Of a stretch of DNA of 64,000 bases, positions 10,984 to 24,060 are shown piece by piece (position 1 is the stretch's first letter; each line of letters begins with the position of its first letter). This stretch comes from Tubulanus polymorphus. Taxonomy: Eukaryota > Animalia > Nemertea. Under the pieces are notes generated by a model. The model ran no database searches and was not told the DNA's origin. It was given only the letters and a program-made list of their open reading frames with translations. The position numbers were made by a program, and so were the translations under genes. Location: positions 14,019,653 to 14,083,652 of the forward strand of contig NC_134028.1 of NCBI RefSeq assembly GCF_964204645.1. Reading direction: 5' to 3'.

Positions 10984-12285
10984 TTAAAATTTAAAATATA
11001 ATATTCCTCCTATAACAATTCCTATACAAGTTAAAGCTAATTTAGTATTTTCATGGGATTTATTATCATCATTTAGTTTAATTATATCATGTTGAATATT
11101 ATCGGTTTTTATATTTTCTGATGTATTGTAATCTTTTATTTTAGAATCATTATTTAATTTAATATTCTTAGTTTTAGTTTCTGTTGATTGAATATGTTTT
11201 TTATTTTTTTTACCTTCCATTAATTTTGGAGCGGTAATAATCGTTTTATTTATATCATTCAATCCAAATGAATTATTTATTGTTACAGTTTTAATTAGAT
11301 TATTATAACCAATTATATTTCCCATATTTAATACTAAATCATTAGAAATAATTAATAGATTAGGGCCTATACAATAATTTAATCTAATATGTGATTTATC
11401 TAAATAATTTTGATATCTTACAATGTTTTCTGGAATCGATCTATTTTTATCATTATGAATTGAATCTTCAAATAATACTTTGAATTGTTTCTGCGCATCG
11501 AATGAAGTGTTATCATTTCCAATTATTGGGGATCTTGTTTCAACTTGCGCACCTAAAATACATATCAAATAAGTTCTAATTGATTGATTTATTCTTTGTA
11601 TACCTGATTTTGTAAAACCTTCACTATTTTCTAAAATGAAATTAACCCAACCATTATTATTATCAATTTTATAATTATGATAAGCTCCAATTCTATGCAT
11701 ATAATCAATTCTTTTTATTTCATACTGTTCACCAATACCTTGCAATTTACCATGCGCTCTGAAATCGGAATTAATATTTATATTAAATTCATTACATATT
11801 TTATAAAACTTAGATAGATTAATATTATTATCCAATTCTTTAAAATATCTAGAACCGGATAAAGGACATTCTAATTCATTTAATATTATTCTGATTTGAA
11901 AATATGTGTAAAATCTAAATATTGTGTGAATTAATTTTAAATCAGAATACTTCAAATTTTTATCTAAGTTATTTAAATGATCATTCCAACGTATTCCACA
12001 TCCTGTTGTTGCACAATAAACAGCAAAATTTAATTGATTCTTCCAATATTTCATATTAGATTTTAGTTTATATATATGGTATTCATCTCGAGTAAAAGTA
12101 ACTTCATATGTATTAAATATATTTTCCATTTTAGAAATAAAAAACTGTGATTCAGTAACATCAATTTCTAAATTAGTTAATGAATTTAAAACTATATTTC
12201 TATATGTAATATTTTTCTTAAAATCTATTGCAGGAATATTATATTTAATTGATTTATTATATTGGAAAGCTTTTGGAAACCCCAT
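10984..12285 (-). CDS. Conserved Polinton protein, 433 aa, C-terminal TM anchor
   Basis: QLNFAVYCATTGCG motif; C-terminus LALTCIGIVIGGILYF; orthologue 40000-41388. Confidence 0.85.
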   Translation of the reverse strand: MGFPKAFQYNKSIKYNIPAIDFKKNITYRNIVLNSLTNLEIDVTESQFFISKMENIFNTYEVTFTRDEYHIYKLKSNMKYWKNQLNFAVYCATTGCGIRWNDHLNNLDKNLKYSDLKLIHTIFRFYTYFQIRIILNELECPLSGSRYFKELDNNINLSKFYKICNEFNININSDFRAHGKLQGIGEQYEIKRIDYMHRIGAYHNYKIDNNNGWVNFILENSEGFTKSGIQRINQSIRTYLICILGAQVETRSPIIGNDNTSFDAQKQFKVLFEDSIHNDKNRSIPENIVRYQNYLDKSHIRLNYCIGPNLLIISNDLVLNMGNIIGYNNLIKTVTINNSFGLNDINKTIITAPKLMEGKKNKKHIQSTETKTKNIKLNNDSKIKDYNTSENIKTDNIQHDIIKLNDDNKSHENTKLALTCIGIVIGGILYFKF

Positions 12286-12419
12286 TTATATAATTAAAAA
12301 GTTAATAATTAACTAATTCTTTTAATAATTTATCTTGTTCTTCAACTGTTATATGACCATTTAAACTTATTATATAATCTAGTGTATTCTTTAATTTATT
12401 AATTTCTTTTATATTAGTT

Positions 12420-12737
12420 TTAATTTTTTTCTTTATTACTTTTTATATTTAATTTTGAACTTATACCAGTTAATACACTTGAACTTAATCCTAATACGCC
12501 AATTGATATAGCTAAAGGTGTTAATAGACTGAATATTGCTAGAAATGTTATTACAGAACTAATTGTGACCGAACCACTTATAATCAAATAATATATAATT
12601 TTACTTTTTAAATATTTTTTCTTTTTTATCTTTAAGTCACTTTCAAATTCTAATATTTGTTTTTCTAAATATTTTTTTAATTTAGTTTTATTTATATCAT
12701 GAGGAATAATATCAATATTATCAACTTTATCTTCCAT
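12420..12737 (-). CDS. Two-TM small protein (C-terminus frameshifted; homology continues to ~12310)
   Basis: Hydrophobic hairpin IIYYLIISGSVTISSVITFLAIF / LAISIGVLGLSSSVL. Confidence 0.75.
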   Translation of the reverse strand: MEDKVDNIDIIPHDINKTKLKKYLEKQILEFESDLKIKKKKYLKSKIIYYLIISGSVTISSVITFLAIFSLLTPLAISIGVLGLSSSVLTGISSKLNIKSNKEKN

Positions 12738-12756
12738 TTATTTAGCAAAAAAATTA

Positions 12757-13179
12757 CTAATTAGTAAACTTATAAGCAACAAATATAACAATAACAGTTC
12801 CGCCTAAAATCCATATTATTTCATGTTTCTTTTGTTCTTTACTCGGGGTATAATAATCTGATAATTTAGGTTTGTATAGATGTAATTTTTCTTTATTGGT
12901 TACCGCGTTATATAAACTCATTGCATCATCAACTGATTGAAAATCTCTGTGTGAAATCTTCTGATGATATTATTCTTTGTTAATATAATCCATATAGTTT
13001 TGTCATTTTTCTCTATATTCTTCTGCAGCTTTATTATATTTTTCTAACGCTAAGTTATGTCTTTTTTGTTCTGATAATGAACCATTTTCATCAATATGCT
13101 TGAATAAATAACCACCACCAGTAAATGCTAAAGCGTAAACAATTGCCGATCCTATAATAGTTATAATTGCAGAAGCCAT
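12757..13179 (-). pseudogene. 140-aa membrane protein (MASAIITIIGSAIV...), internal stops
   Basis: Colinear with intact 39107-39529. Confidence 0.85.
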
Positions 13180-13203
13180 TTATTAAGTAAAATAATTATG
13201 CAT

Positions 13204-13425
13204 TTATATGGGAGGAATATATTTTTGTTTTTCCAAATAATCAATAGTTAAATTAGATAAAGTAACTGCTAATGTTAATTTTAAAATAACATTTATATCA
13301 AATCTATCAACATTAACACTTCCCATTTTGAATACTTTTTTTAATACCATTGAATAACCAACAGTTCCAACTGATAGTAATGCGCCATTATATAATCCAG
13401 TTATTATCCACTTATTATCACTCAT
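13204..13425 (-). CDS. 73-aa hydrophobic protein
   Basis: Intact in both copies (38861-39082), TAAATG start. Confidence 0.8.
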   Translation of the reverse strand: MSDNKWIITGLYNGALLSVGTVGYSMVLKKVFKMGSVNVDRFDINVILKLTLAVTLSNLTIDYLEKQKYIPPI

Positions 13426-13767
13426 TTATTTATCAAAAAAATTACTATCATCAAAATATTTAGTTATCTTATTTATGATTAATTCAACATTTATTACATT
13501 ACTACTTTTATGATTATCATATATTTTGGTTAATATGTTTTCAATATCATCAATAATTCCATCTTCATTTAATTCATAATATTCTAAAGGTGATTTAATT
13601 AAATCAATTACTTTTTCTATATTATAATTTTCTTTATTAATCATTGATGCATTGTTAAATGATTTACTTTTTATATCAGTAATTACATCATTTAGTTTAA
13701 TTCTCATTTCTTTACCTTGTTTAAAATCAAACCCAAAACATATACTCGGTCCAACAGTTATATTCAT
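13426..13767 (-). CDS. 113-aa hypothetical protein
   Basis: Orthologue 38503-38853; 5' remnant near 26790-26873. Confidence 0.8.
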   Translation of the reverse strand: MNITVGPSICFGFDFKQGKEMRIKLNDVITDIKSKSFNNASMINKENYNIEKVIDLIKSPLEYYELNEDGIIDDIENILTKIYDNHKSSNVINVELIINKITKYFDDSNFFDK

Positions 13768-13783
13768 TTATATAGTGAAAAAA

Positions 13784-14536
13784 CTACTCTCTACATCTTA
13801 TAACTAATTCATAAATTACAGGGAAATTATTTAAATCAATTAAGTATCCATTGTGATTTCTAATTTCTAATCTAAAATTATTAAAACGAGGAATGCATGG
13901 TTTGAAATCACATTCTGTTAAATTAAATTTTATTTGCGTTCCAAATTCTTTAACATTCTTCAATGGTAAAATGTTTAGTAAACCAGAATTACAAGTTATA
14001 TCTTTAGTTGCTTCGAATGTTTTTGTAGGATCGATTAAATTGCAATAAATATAAAAGTGTGTAAAACGTATTAAGTTTAGCGTAGCATCAATATTTGTAA
14101 AAGATTTATCTGGAGGAATTCTTAACAGTTTAGCTATAGGTTTTTTTACCATAAATGCACGTTTTTCACTATCAGACAACCTTATTTTTTCAGAACTCTC
14201 ACTTTTTAAAAATCTAATATTAAACCCGGAATTATTACCTGACTTGTGCCAGGCTTTTCTATTAATTTCTTGTGCTAATGTATCTAAATTATATAACCCC
14301 GGTTTTAAATATATATAGGCCCATTCATTTTTATTTTCATTAAAAAATAAAAAAGCTCTATGTTCAATAGTTTTATCCGATATATTATAAAAAGAATTAC
14401 ATAAACTTATATTTACTAATTTTAAATCTACACAATTCTTGAATTCTCTATCTAATTGTACTAGTAAATTATGTGATTTATAATTTGTAAGTCTTCTTGA
14501 ATCAACAAATATTCTGTATTCTTTTAATTCTACCAT
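13784..14536 (-). CDS. Minor capsid protein (penton, single jelly-roll)
   Basis: Polinton penton-type motifs IFVDSR, NSFYNI, KPGLY, IYCNLI, LEIRNHNGYLIDLNNFPV. Confidence 0.8.
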   Translation of the reverse strand: MVELKEYRIFVDSRRLTNYKSHNLLVQLDREFKNCVDLKLVNISLCNSFYNISDKTIEHRAFLFFNENKNEWAYIYLKPGLYNLDTLAQEINRKAWHKSGNNSGFNIRFLKSESSEKIRLSDSEKRAFMVKKPIAKLLRIPPDKSFTNIDATLNLIRFTHFYIYCNLIDPTKTFEATKDITCNSGLLNILPLKNVKEFGTQIKFNLTECDFKPCIPRFNNFRLEIRNHNGYLIDLNNFPVIYELVIRCRE

Positions 14537-14550
14537 TTATTTTACATATT

Positions 14551-14904
14551 TTATTCGAAATCTATTTCATGGTGCCCTTTTTCATTCTTACCTTTGTATA
14601 CGAAATAGAAATCTGCAGAACATAATTCTTCTAGATCTTCACTTGATAATCTATGAAATCTATCCGGTAAATATGTTCTGAATTTATATGTATTTCTTTT
14701 TAATCCTTCATGTTCTAAGTGTATAACTAATTTATCTCCATAGTTATTAGTAACTGTATCAATATTTGTAATTAGATATTTCTTATGGATTGTTAATTCT
14801 GTTAACTTTTTGAATTTATAATCTACAGATTTTACATTTGTTATATCTTTTATTCTATCTAGAAATAATTTGTTGTTCTCACTGTGTGTTTGTTTACTCT
14901 CCAT
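14551..14904 (-). CDS. 117-aa probable OB-fold / ssDNA-binding protein
   Basis: FKKLTEL..KKYLI...TNNYG..LVI.L...FRTYLPDRF...FVYKG beta-rich pattern; always adjacent to polB or the terminus. Fold is inference. Confidence 0.55.
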   Translation of the reverse strand: MESKQTHSENNKLFLDRIKDITNVKSVDYKFKKLTELTIHKKYLITNIDTVTNNYGDKLVIHLEHEGLKRNTYKFRTYLPDRFHRLSSEDLEELCSADFYFVYKGKNEKGHHEIDFE

Positions 14905-14933
14905 TTATAATACATATTTTTATTAAAATTTGA

Positions 14934-17900
14934 TTAACACGTTAGAATTCTTTTCATTATCTCGTTCTCTTTTGTTTCTTCTCTTTTAAATTTTAAGTAT
15001 TCATCTAAATTGCAACCATAAGCAACTGTATGAATTCCATCATCTAAAATATATCTTTTATCATCAAATGGGTTTAGACTTATCTTTTCAATTTCTTCAA
15101 TAAACATTTCATGATCTTCAGATCTTAAACATCTCATCTTATGTTTTCTAACTTCTTCATTGAATATACAATTGATCTTTGAAATGAATATTATTTTCTA
15201 CTACACTTTTGGTTATTCCTTTTAACTTTTTAGCTTCATGTTCTTTCGTTTTATATGAATACATTTTAGATCTAATACCTATGAATTCAATCATTTCTTC
15301 ACCACCTAATTCATCCTTAAACTTCCCTGGAACTTTTTTATTATCATTGCTAAACAATTCATGTTCTTTAGGATAATTACTAAAATCAAAATGATGTTTT
15401 AATGATTTTAAATCATCAGTTATGTTATCAGTTTTTATCTTTAATATGTAAGAATCTGTATCAAAATATAGTATTTCTATATGTTTTTCTCCAAAAAGTG
15501 GTTGTAATACATTATAATAGAATTCATACATTAGTAATTTTGATAATTCTAAAACTGAAGCGCCAACATAGATTGGTTTATTAAATTTCATTGATGTTCT
15601 TCTCATCTTAACTGCAGCTAAATTTTCATCAAATATTCTGTTACCAATGAACTTAGGATATGATTGTAAATGCCTTATCCTTTTACCATTACTAACTAAC
15701 TCAATATCATTTCTATTTGTAATATTTTCACAAGTCTTACCATAGAATGCATTATTCATTAACTTGAAGAAATCATTCTCGGAATCAGTTTTAGCTTCAG
15801 TTCTCTGTTTGGTGTTAAAATCTATATATTTTTCTAACCACTTAGATTGACTAAATGAAATATATCTATGTACTTTTTTTAGGATCATTCCTTGTTTTAG
15901 ATAAAACTTCAACATTCTATAATGCACTACATAATTATATTTATCTTCCTGAGTTACTATAAACTTTTCTGTATGAATATGATTTTCGGGTTTAATTCTT
16001 TTTTGGTAATTTGATAATTCTTCATGAGTTACAGTTTTATGTTCGGGACAGTAAGCTAGATTTCTAGATTTAAATTTTTTATCTTCAGGATATTCTAAAT
16101 CTACAACAAAGAAGTAACCAGTATCTGAATCATCTGCAATATCTAGGATTCTTTTCTTCCAATCAAATTGATCATTATTTTCATTCCGTAAAACTTCAGT
16201 TAATTCAAATACTCCATAAGGTTGTGGTTCCATCATTGCCCAACCATACAAATTATTTGCATCTATATATAATAACTTATATCCGGGGTTATCATTTACA
16301 TTGAAATATCTATCACCTAATACACCTGAAACTCCTCCTCTTATAGATTTTTCAAATAACAATAATTGATCTATATTTGTTAACAAATCCATTTTTATAT
16401 CTGTAAATTTTAATCCACAATCCCATGTTAATCCTGGTGATGAATAACAATGACAAGGATCAATTTTAAAATATTTTAGGTTTACATCTCTAGACCTTTC
16501 GAATATATCGGTTAATAATAATACATCTGATTTTAAATATATATCTACTAATTGCCCATGATTTTCTATTTTGAAAGGATTCCAAATATTCAATGTTCTA
16601 TTATATACTTCATCTTTAACATATTCATTTTTTAATTCATCATAGAATTGTTCTTTCAATAATTCAGTTATATTGAAATCATTATGTGATTTATAAAATG
16701 AATATGGAATTGCTCCTTTATATCTCATTAATTTAAAATCATCATTATTTGGGTAGTGTTGCTTTAATATTTTTAATTCATCATCAACTAATGATTTTGA
16801 TAAGTTATCTAATGAACTATTTAAAAATCTATATGAATCTATAAATCTTAGGCATCCAAATTGGAATGATATATAATTCTCAGATGTTTTAGCTAACATT
16901 CTAAATTTATAAGTTGGTATTTTATCTTTTGATCTATTTGAATTTAATCTTTCTATTTCATTATTGATTTCTTCTATTTTATGGCATAACTGTTTGATGA
17001 ATTAATGTGCATCATATCCTGATAGATTATGAAATATAACTGGTACAAAGTTAATTTTCTTAGCTTGTAAGTTACAATTCTCATGTGCAGCGCCTCTAAA
17101 CTTTCCATTCAAATGATCATGGTCTCTTACTTTTTTATCTTTATAATTAAATATCTTTTCACAATAATAACATTTATCTGCAAACGCGAATTCTTCTTTA
17201 TCTTCTTCTGTCATTATAATTTCTATATTTGTATTCAATAATTTACTAAATCTTATTTCATATTCAATGCATAAGTCACAAAAATGATTGATAACATTTT
17301 CATTTCTGTGATGATAATATTCACTTTCAATTAGTTCTGGATATTCAGATTTTATATACAACCCGAAAGCTGCAGCTGATTGATGAATCTTTTTAATAGT
17401 ATTTGTTTTTGGTGGTTCATCTGAAAAATCATTTTCATTAGAATTTAATTTCTTTCTTTTATAATATATTTCTTTTCTATCTTGATCAGTTAATTCTTTA
17501 TTTAATGATTCAAAATCTCCATATATTACAAATGGTACTTTATTTTTGTAATCATATTTTTTGAATTCTAATATTTTATCCTTTTCATTTGGTAAAACTA
17601 ATTTACAATAATCATGATTTTCACATAATTGTTTATGATTTAATAATGTACTTTCATTACTGAATTTATGTAAACATTTTCTACAAAGATATTTTTTATG
17701 GTGATCATTTTCTGATTTAAAAAATAAATCGATTTGTTTAATCCACATATAATGATTCTCATAATATAGTATATCTATAACATCATTTGAATCATAATCT
17801 TTTGATAGATATAAAGGTTCTAATGTATAATGTTTTATATTGTTACCTTTTGTATTTGGCAATTTGATTAAATCAAATACATTTATCTTTATATTATTAT

Positions 17901-18956
17901 CTCTTTCTATCTTTGGGATGTTTTTAATTCTAACAGGATACTTATCTATCTTATAATTATTTTCAAATGGTTTATAATGAGTTAATCTACAAATATTATA
18001 AGTTGCAGGATGTAAACAACTTATTATAGCCCATAGAAAACATTTATCATCTTCATTTTGTACATTTATAACAGCATTAGTTTTAAATGGTGGTTTAATA
18101 TAACTCGATGCTTCAATATCTGGTTCTTTATAATATGATTATTTTCATCTATTGGTTTTGATTTAGTTAACTTATTATATTTTGTGTTATAAACATGTAA
18201 AGTCATAAATATTATCTCATCAAATATTAAACCAGATCCTTCAAAATATTTCTCTTCTATTTTAGTTTTTACTTCATTATAACATTTGTCTAATTTATCA
18301 TCTATATGTTGTTTTGAAATAATATGTTGTGAATGAGAATTTATATTATATATTGGTTTATCTTCAGATTTTATGAATTTAACTTTAGAAGATATACTTA
18401 TTTTAGGATATTCAACATCAGTAATTATTTTTATAATATTTTTCATATTTTCTAAATGTTTTTTATTTTCTTCTAATGTTTTTCCTTTATGAAATTTAAA
18501 CTCGATAGCTGCTGGGCCAATATCACTTTTAAATACTTCGGTTATCTCTATATCTTTTTTATTATCTAATGAATTAATATAATTTCTTACATCTTCCATG
18601 TATGGTCTTTTATTGTTTAATTTATTTTTTATGTTTTTAATTGTCTTCTGTTTCTTATCATTGTCTTTATCAAAATAATCTTCACCTTAAATATCATTAT
18701 TCTTATTTCCAATATGACTTTTAGATTTTAAATGTTCATTATAATATCTTTTATCACTGAATGATTGATTACATGTATCACATTTGTATGTTTCTTTTTC
18801 ATTCTTTAATTCATCTAATTTAGTTTCTAATATATCATCTTCATATTCTAATTTCAATTTATTCTCTAAATGTGTTTTAGTTTTATTGTGTCTTGCTTTT
18901 TGGGATTTATCTATATTGATATTACATGTTGGACAGTAGTACTTATTTGCTTCCAT
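14934..18956 (-). pseudogene. Protein-primed family B DNA polymerase, fragmented
   Basis: Exo I YGDFES, EndoVII-like CYYC..RDHDH..CN, HNLSGYD, motif A YIDANNLYG, motif B KLMNNAFYGKT, motif C YFDTDS; several stops and frameshifts. Confidence 0.95.
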
Positions 18957-19546
18957 TTTAATACTAAATTTTTTATTAAAATTGATTTTAGAAGTTCAAT
19001 GATTTATATCATGTAATATTTCAATCACACTTTACTAACACTTTTAATGTTTAAAAATCTAACTCATACAAATATGAATATTGAAATAATGTTGTAAATA
19101 TATACTTTTATATTGAATAATCTGTCAATTTAAATGTTATTCATGTATATGATTATTTTAAGAGTAATAGGGGTAATGGGCTTTCAGGTTAAAGGTTGAA
19201 TGGTCGAGCTCATTAAAAAACAAAACATTAAAAGTAATTTAAAACTATAATATATTACCATAACCGTGTGTATTTCAGTTGAATAATAGAATAATTATTA
19301 TTATTAAAATATATTTGATTATATGAATTTCTGTATTGTAAATAAATCAATTGGTCGCGGAGCGGAGCGGTAGCGAAGTGGAAAAGCTTTTTAAATTATT
19401 GATATCTTAGAATAAATATTTAGTTATAATATAAAATACACACGGTTATGAAAATATATTATAGTTTTAAATTACTTTTAATGTTTTGTTTTTTAATGAG
19501 CTCGACCGTTCGACCTTTGATCTGAAAGCCCATTACCCCTTTTACT
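18607..19546 (-). repeat. Right TIR of Polinton 1
   Basis: Reverse complement of 2295-3256, with a short deletion beside the hairpin centre (~19382). Confidence 0.95.
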
Positions 19547-19552
19547 CACTGG

Positions 19553-20420
19553 AATAGGTTTGCAGTAACTAACGGTTCATTTCATTTAGTCCTATGTACT
19601 TTTTAGCCATTTGTATTTGATTGTAATTGAAACTCTGGAACTGTAAACAAAAGACAAGTTGAAAAAACACAAGTTATGCTTGATTCTCATGTTCAAATTT
19701 AATTCAAATTCAAATTTATTTTATTACATCATACAGCAATAAAAATTAGGACAGAAGAAATATTATTACAAAATTTCCAAAAAGGCAATGAATTTCTATA
19801 ACTAAATGAACATTATTTCTCTAATAACTCGGATCAAGAGTGACTCTCCCGTTTATTAGGAAACACACGCAACTAGTGGAATAGGTTCCATCTACACACA
19901 TGTTGCAGGTATCAATTGTTTATCACTATAGAATTTGTAATCCATAAAAGCCAAAATCAACATCAGCCGGAAACCCACACCAGATCAATTCATGATTTAT
20001 TGATTGAATCTACACTACAATATATGTATTTATTCATATATTTCAATAAAAATATTAACTTCTTAAATCTATTCTAAATCATAATACGTTCTTATCTGTA
20101 AATTCACTAAATCTATCGACTCAGCGGGTGCTTAAGATGAGTTCTTAATAGGACAGATCCATTTTTAAGCATGGTGATAATACAGTATCATGATGTTTGA
20201 ATGCCAAAATAAATGCCTGGTCAAATAAATTAATATTTGTGATTGTACGTCCGCGTATGTTCGGTTTCAAACCTGAATCATATTTGACGTTTACACAGCA
20301 TATTAGGTTCGAATCTGTCAATGCATTTTATTCTATGTATCGGTATTTCAATTTACTACAATTCCCATCATTCTGAATGGCTTTGTAGAAAACCCGTCAT
20401 CGCTGCTTTGCAGCTATATT
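19553..20420 (-). repeat. Repeat B, part right of Polinton 1
   Basis: Paralogous to 25873-26781; ends in the shared gctgctttgcagctatattt terminus. Confidence 0.75.
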
Positions 20421-20423
20421 TAT

Positions 20424-22110
20424 TAGGGTTTCTGCTGCCTTCGCAGAAACCCTATTGTATTCCTGCTAATTATTGTTATTATTATTATCATTATTATATT
20501 CTTTTTCACACTGGATCTTACTGAAAGGATATAAACAACTGCAACTTACTTTCACTGTAGGTGAAACCATTCTGTATCACTAGTACTACGCTGCATTGAC
20601 AAATACTGTATATAATATTAATCAGAAAGGCACTGTTTACTCACTGTGAGCCTCTAAACATCGAAATCTAAGCCCGATTCAAACAGTATCCATCTACGTA
20701 TGTGTATTGCCTACGTGTCATTCCAACAGCGCCTCCTAAATACGTGTGTTTGTGTATGTGTCCTTATATCGATAGAGCTGTGTTGTTCTATATCTGTAGT
20801 AAACACGTAGTAGTGATATTTTTATTTCTTCCTTCTATGAATCGATTGTTGAATTAGGACATTGCTCGACTGAACGCAACTGAGGAATTTTTATGGCCTT
20901 GTTTGTGCCGTATGTTAAAGAGCATCATATATTGCTTCGGCAACACAAGTAAGAGCATCATATATAAGCTTTAATACTTCGAATTCCGCCAGTAACAAGA
21001 ATATTGCTCAACGGATTTAATTGAAACTTAATTGAGACGTAATTGTGGTTGCAACGAGTGATCAGTACCCCTGGACAAGACGCTTGTATTGATGTATGGT
21101 ATAACTATGTAACTCATATGGTTCTCCAGTAGCGCCACCTATAAGATGCTGGAATACGCATTTTTATCTATATCGACTAAGGGTATCAATGGATTTCTAT
21201 AAAAATTGATACACATAAATGCAACGAACCCCTCACTTGATTAGTTCCTATTTTAACCACTAGGGGGCGTAAATTTTGAAAAATCGAAATGAAGCATCCA
21301 TTTTTCGCATGTAATGCGGTCTGTTTATTATGAAGATCACAAAACTTGGTATAAGTACAAAGAAATGTGTGTAATATGCCAACCTGCATGATTAGTTCAT
21401 ACAACTGCCACCAGGGGACTGTGAAAACAACAATTTTTGCTCCTAGGTCCTTAACCGTTGGTGATAGAATCGAGATTGCAATATGTGGTAAGTAGCCCTT
21501 TACAAGACACGTGTATTCATGTATTGTTTAAGTAGGTAACTCATATGGTACTCCAGGAGCGCAACCTACAAGTTGTTGGAAATGCATTTTAACTGATATC
21601 TACTAATCGGATGGCGGGATTTCTATGAAAATTGATACACATGTACTTAATACGAGATACAACGAACCCCTCACATAATTAGTTCCTATTCTAATCCCTA
21701 GGGGGCTTAAATTTTGAATAGCATCCGTTTTTCGCGTGTAATTCTGCCATTTTGTTATAAATATCACAAAACCTGGTGTGAGTACATGTAGATAGGTATA
21801 CTAGGCTAACCAGCTAAATTAGTTGATACAACTGCTACTAGGGAATGGTAGAACACTGTATCACCTATTTTCTTGAAGTTATTTTCCCTAAACTTGGTAC
21901 ATCATTACTTTGCACTTAAGAGCCATGGGTCAACATATCCATGATATGGGCTGACCCGTGATACAGGCTGACCCCTAGGTGACGCTTCTTCACAGATAGT
22001 GGTACGTAATGAACTGATTTCAGTGAAATCTTTTGCAACCTTCCTAGAACGGTATTTAACCCGGCAAGGCAGAAACCCGTTATCCATTCGCTGCTTTGCA
22101 GCTATATTTA
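20424..22110 (-). repeat. Repeat A copy (tandem)
   Basis: Stem-loop tagggtttctgc..gcagaaacccta at ~20424-20454; body matches 229-1420. Confidence 0.7.
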
Positions 22111-24060
22111 TTATTATATTCTTTTTCACACTGGATCGTACTGAAAGGATATAAACAACTGCAATTTACTTTCCCTGTCGGTGAAACCATTCTGTATCAC
22201 AAGTACTACGCTGCATTGACAAATACTGTACATGATATTAATAAGAATTGCACTGTTTACTCACTGTGAGCCTCTAAACATCGAAATTTAAGCCCGATTC
22301 AAACAGTATCCATATACGTATATGTATTGTATACGTGTCTTATTCCCACAGCGCCTCCTAAGTCCGTGTGTTTGTGTGTCTATCCTAAAATGCATTGATA
22401 GAACTGTGTTGTTCTAGATCTGTAGTCAACACGTAAGCAGTAGTGATATTTTTATCTGTTCTACAAGTCGAGTGTTTTGCCTTTGAGTTAGGACATTGCT
22501 CGACTGAACGCAACTGAGGAATTTTTAATAGCCTTGTTTGTGTTTGTACCGTATACAAGTTAGAGAGCATATATAGCTTCGAATTCGGCAACACTAGTAA
22601 GTGAGCATCATATATAGGCTTTTATACTTCGAATTCGGCTAGTAACAAGAATATTGCTCAACGGATTTACTTGAAACTTACGTGAGATGTACGGAACACA
22701 GGTACCTTGAGGTAAGTCCAATGGCTCTTTGATTGGGGACCCCGATCCCCGCCAGGGGTGTGTTTTACTTTTGAAAATTCTGACATCCAAAAAGTGCTGC
22801 GTGAGAAAAATTTTTGTTTTTGCGTTTTCAGCTTAAGACGAGCACGAAAGTTGTTCATAACAGCCCGGAGATTGAAAAAGTCATTGGCACGCCCTATCTG
22901 CGATTAACCGTTTGGGCTCTACGGGCTCGAAAATGGGACCTCAAATTTTTCAAAGAGATTTTTGCTCCTAGCTCCTTAACCGTTTTAGATAGAATTGTGT
23001 TTGCAACGAGTTATCAGAGGCCCTTGACAAGACGCTTGTATTGATGTATGGTATAACTATGTAACTCATATAGTTCTCACGCAGCGCCACCTATAAGATG
23101 CTGGAAAACACATGTTCATCTATATCGACTAAGCGTGTGAATGGATTCCTATAAAAATTGATACACATGTACCTGGTTACTAAATGCAAGTGACCCCTCA
23201 CATGATCTGTTGTTATTTTAACCACTAGGGGGCGTAAATTTAAAAAAATCGATTTCAGCATCCATTTTTCGTATATAATGCGATCTGTTTATTTTGAAAA
23301 TCACAAAACTTGGTATAAGTACAAAAACATGTGTGTAATATGCCGACCTGCGAGATTAGTTTATACAACTGCCACCAGGGGACTGTGAAAACAACGATTT
23401 TTGCTCCTAGGTCCTTAACCGTTGGTGATAGAATGGAGGTTGCAATGTGTGGTTAGTAGCCCTTTAAAAGTCACTTGTATTGATGTATGGTTTAAGTAGG
23501 TAACTCATATGGTGCTCCAGTAGCGCCACCTACAAGTTGTTGGAAATGCATTTTCATTGATATCTACTAATCGGATGGAGGGATATCTATGAAAATTGAT
23601 ACGTACACGTACTTTGATATGAGATACAACGAACCCCTCACATAATATTTCCTGTTCTAATTCCTAGGGGGCGTAAATCTTAAAAAGTCATTCTAGCATC
23701 CGTTTTTCACGTGTAATTCTGCCATTTTATTATAGATATCACAAAACCTGGTGTGAGTACATGTACGTAGGTATACTAGGCTAACCAGCTAAATTAGTTG
23801 ATACAAATGCTACGAGGGAATGGTAAAACACTTATCACCTAAATTCTTGAAGTTATTTTCCCTAAACTTGGTACATCATTACTTTGCACTTAAGAGGTAT
23901 GGGTCAACATATCCATGATATTGGCTGACCCATGATACAGGCTTCTTCACAGATTGTGGTACGTAATGAACTGGTTTCAGTGAAATCTTTTGCAACCTTC
24001 CTAGGACGGTATTTAACCCGGCAAGGCAGAAACCCGTTATCGCTGCTTTGCAGCAATATT
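22111..24060 (-). repeat. Repeat A copy (tandem, most complete)
   Basis: Matches 20500-22110 and inverted 57620-59276. Confidence 0.7.

Larger units (their letters stand above)
2295..19546 (-). mobile_element. Complete Polinton/Maverick copy 1 (~17.3 kb, partly decayed)
   Basis: AGTAAT...TTTACT termini, ~950-bp TIRs, 6-bp TSD CACTGG (2289-2294 / 19547-19552), pPolB, rve integrase, packaging ATPase, MCP and penton. Confidence 0.97.
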
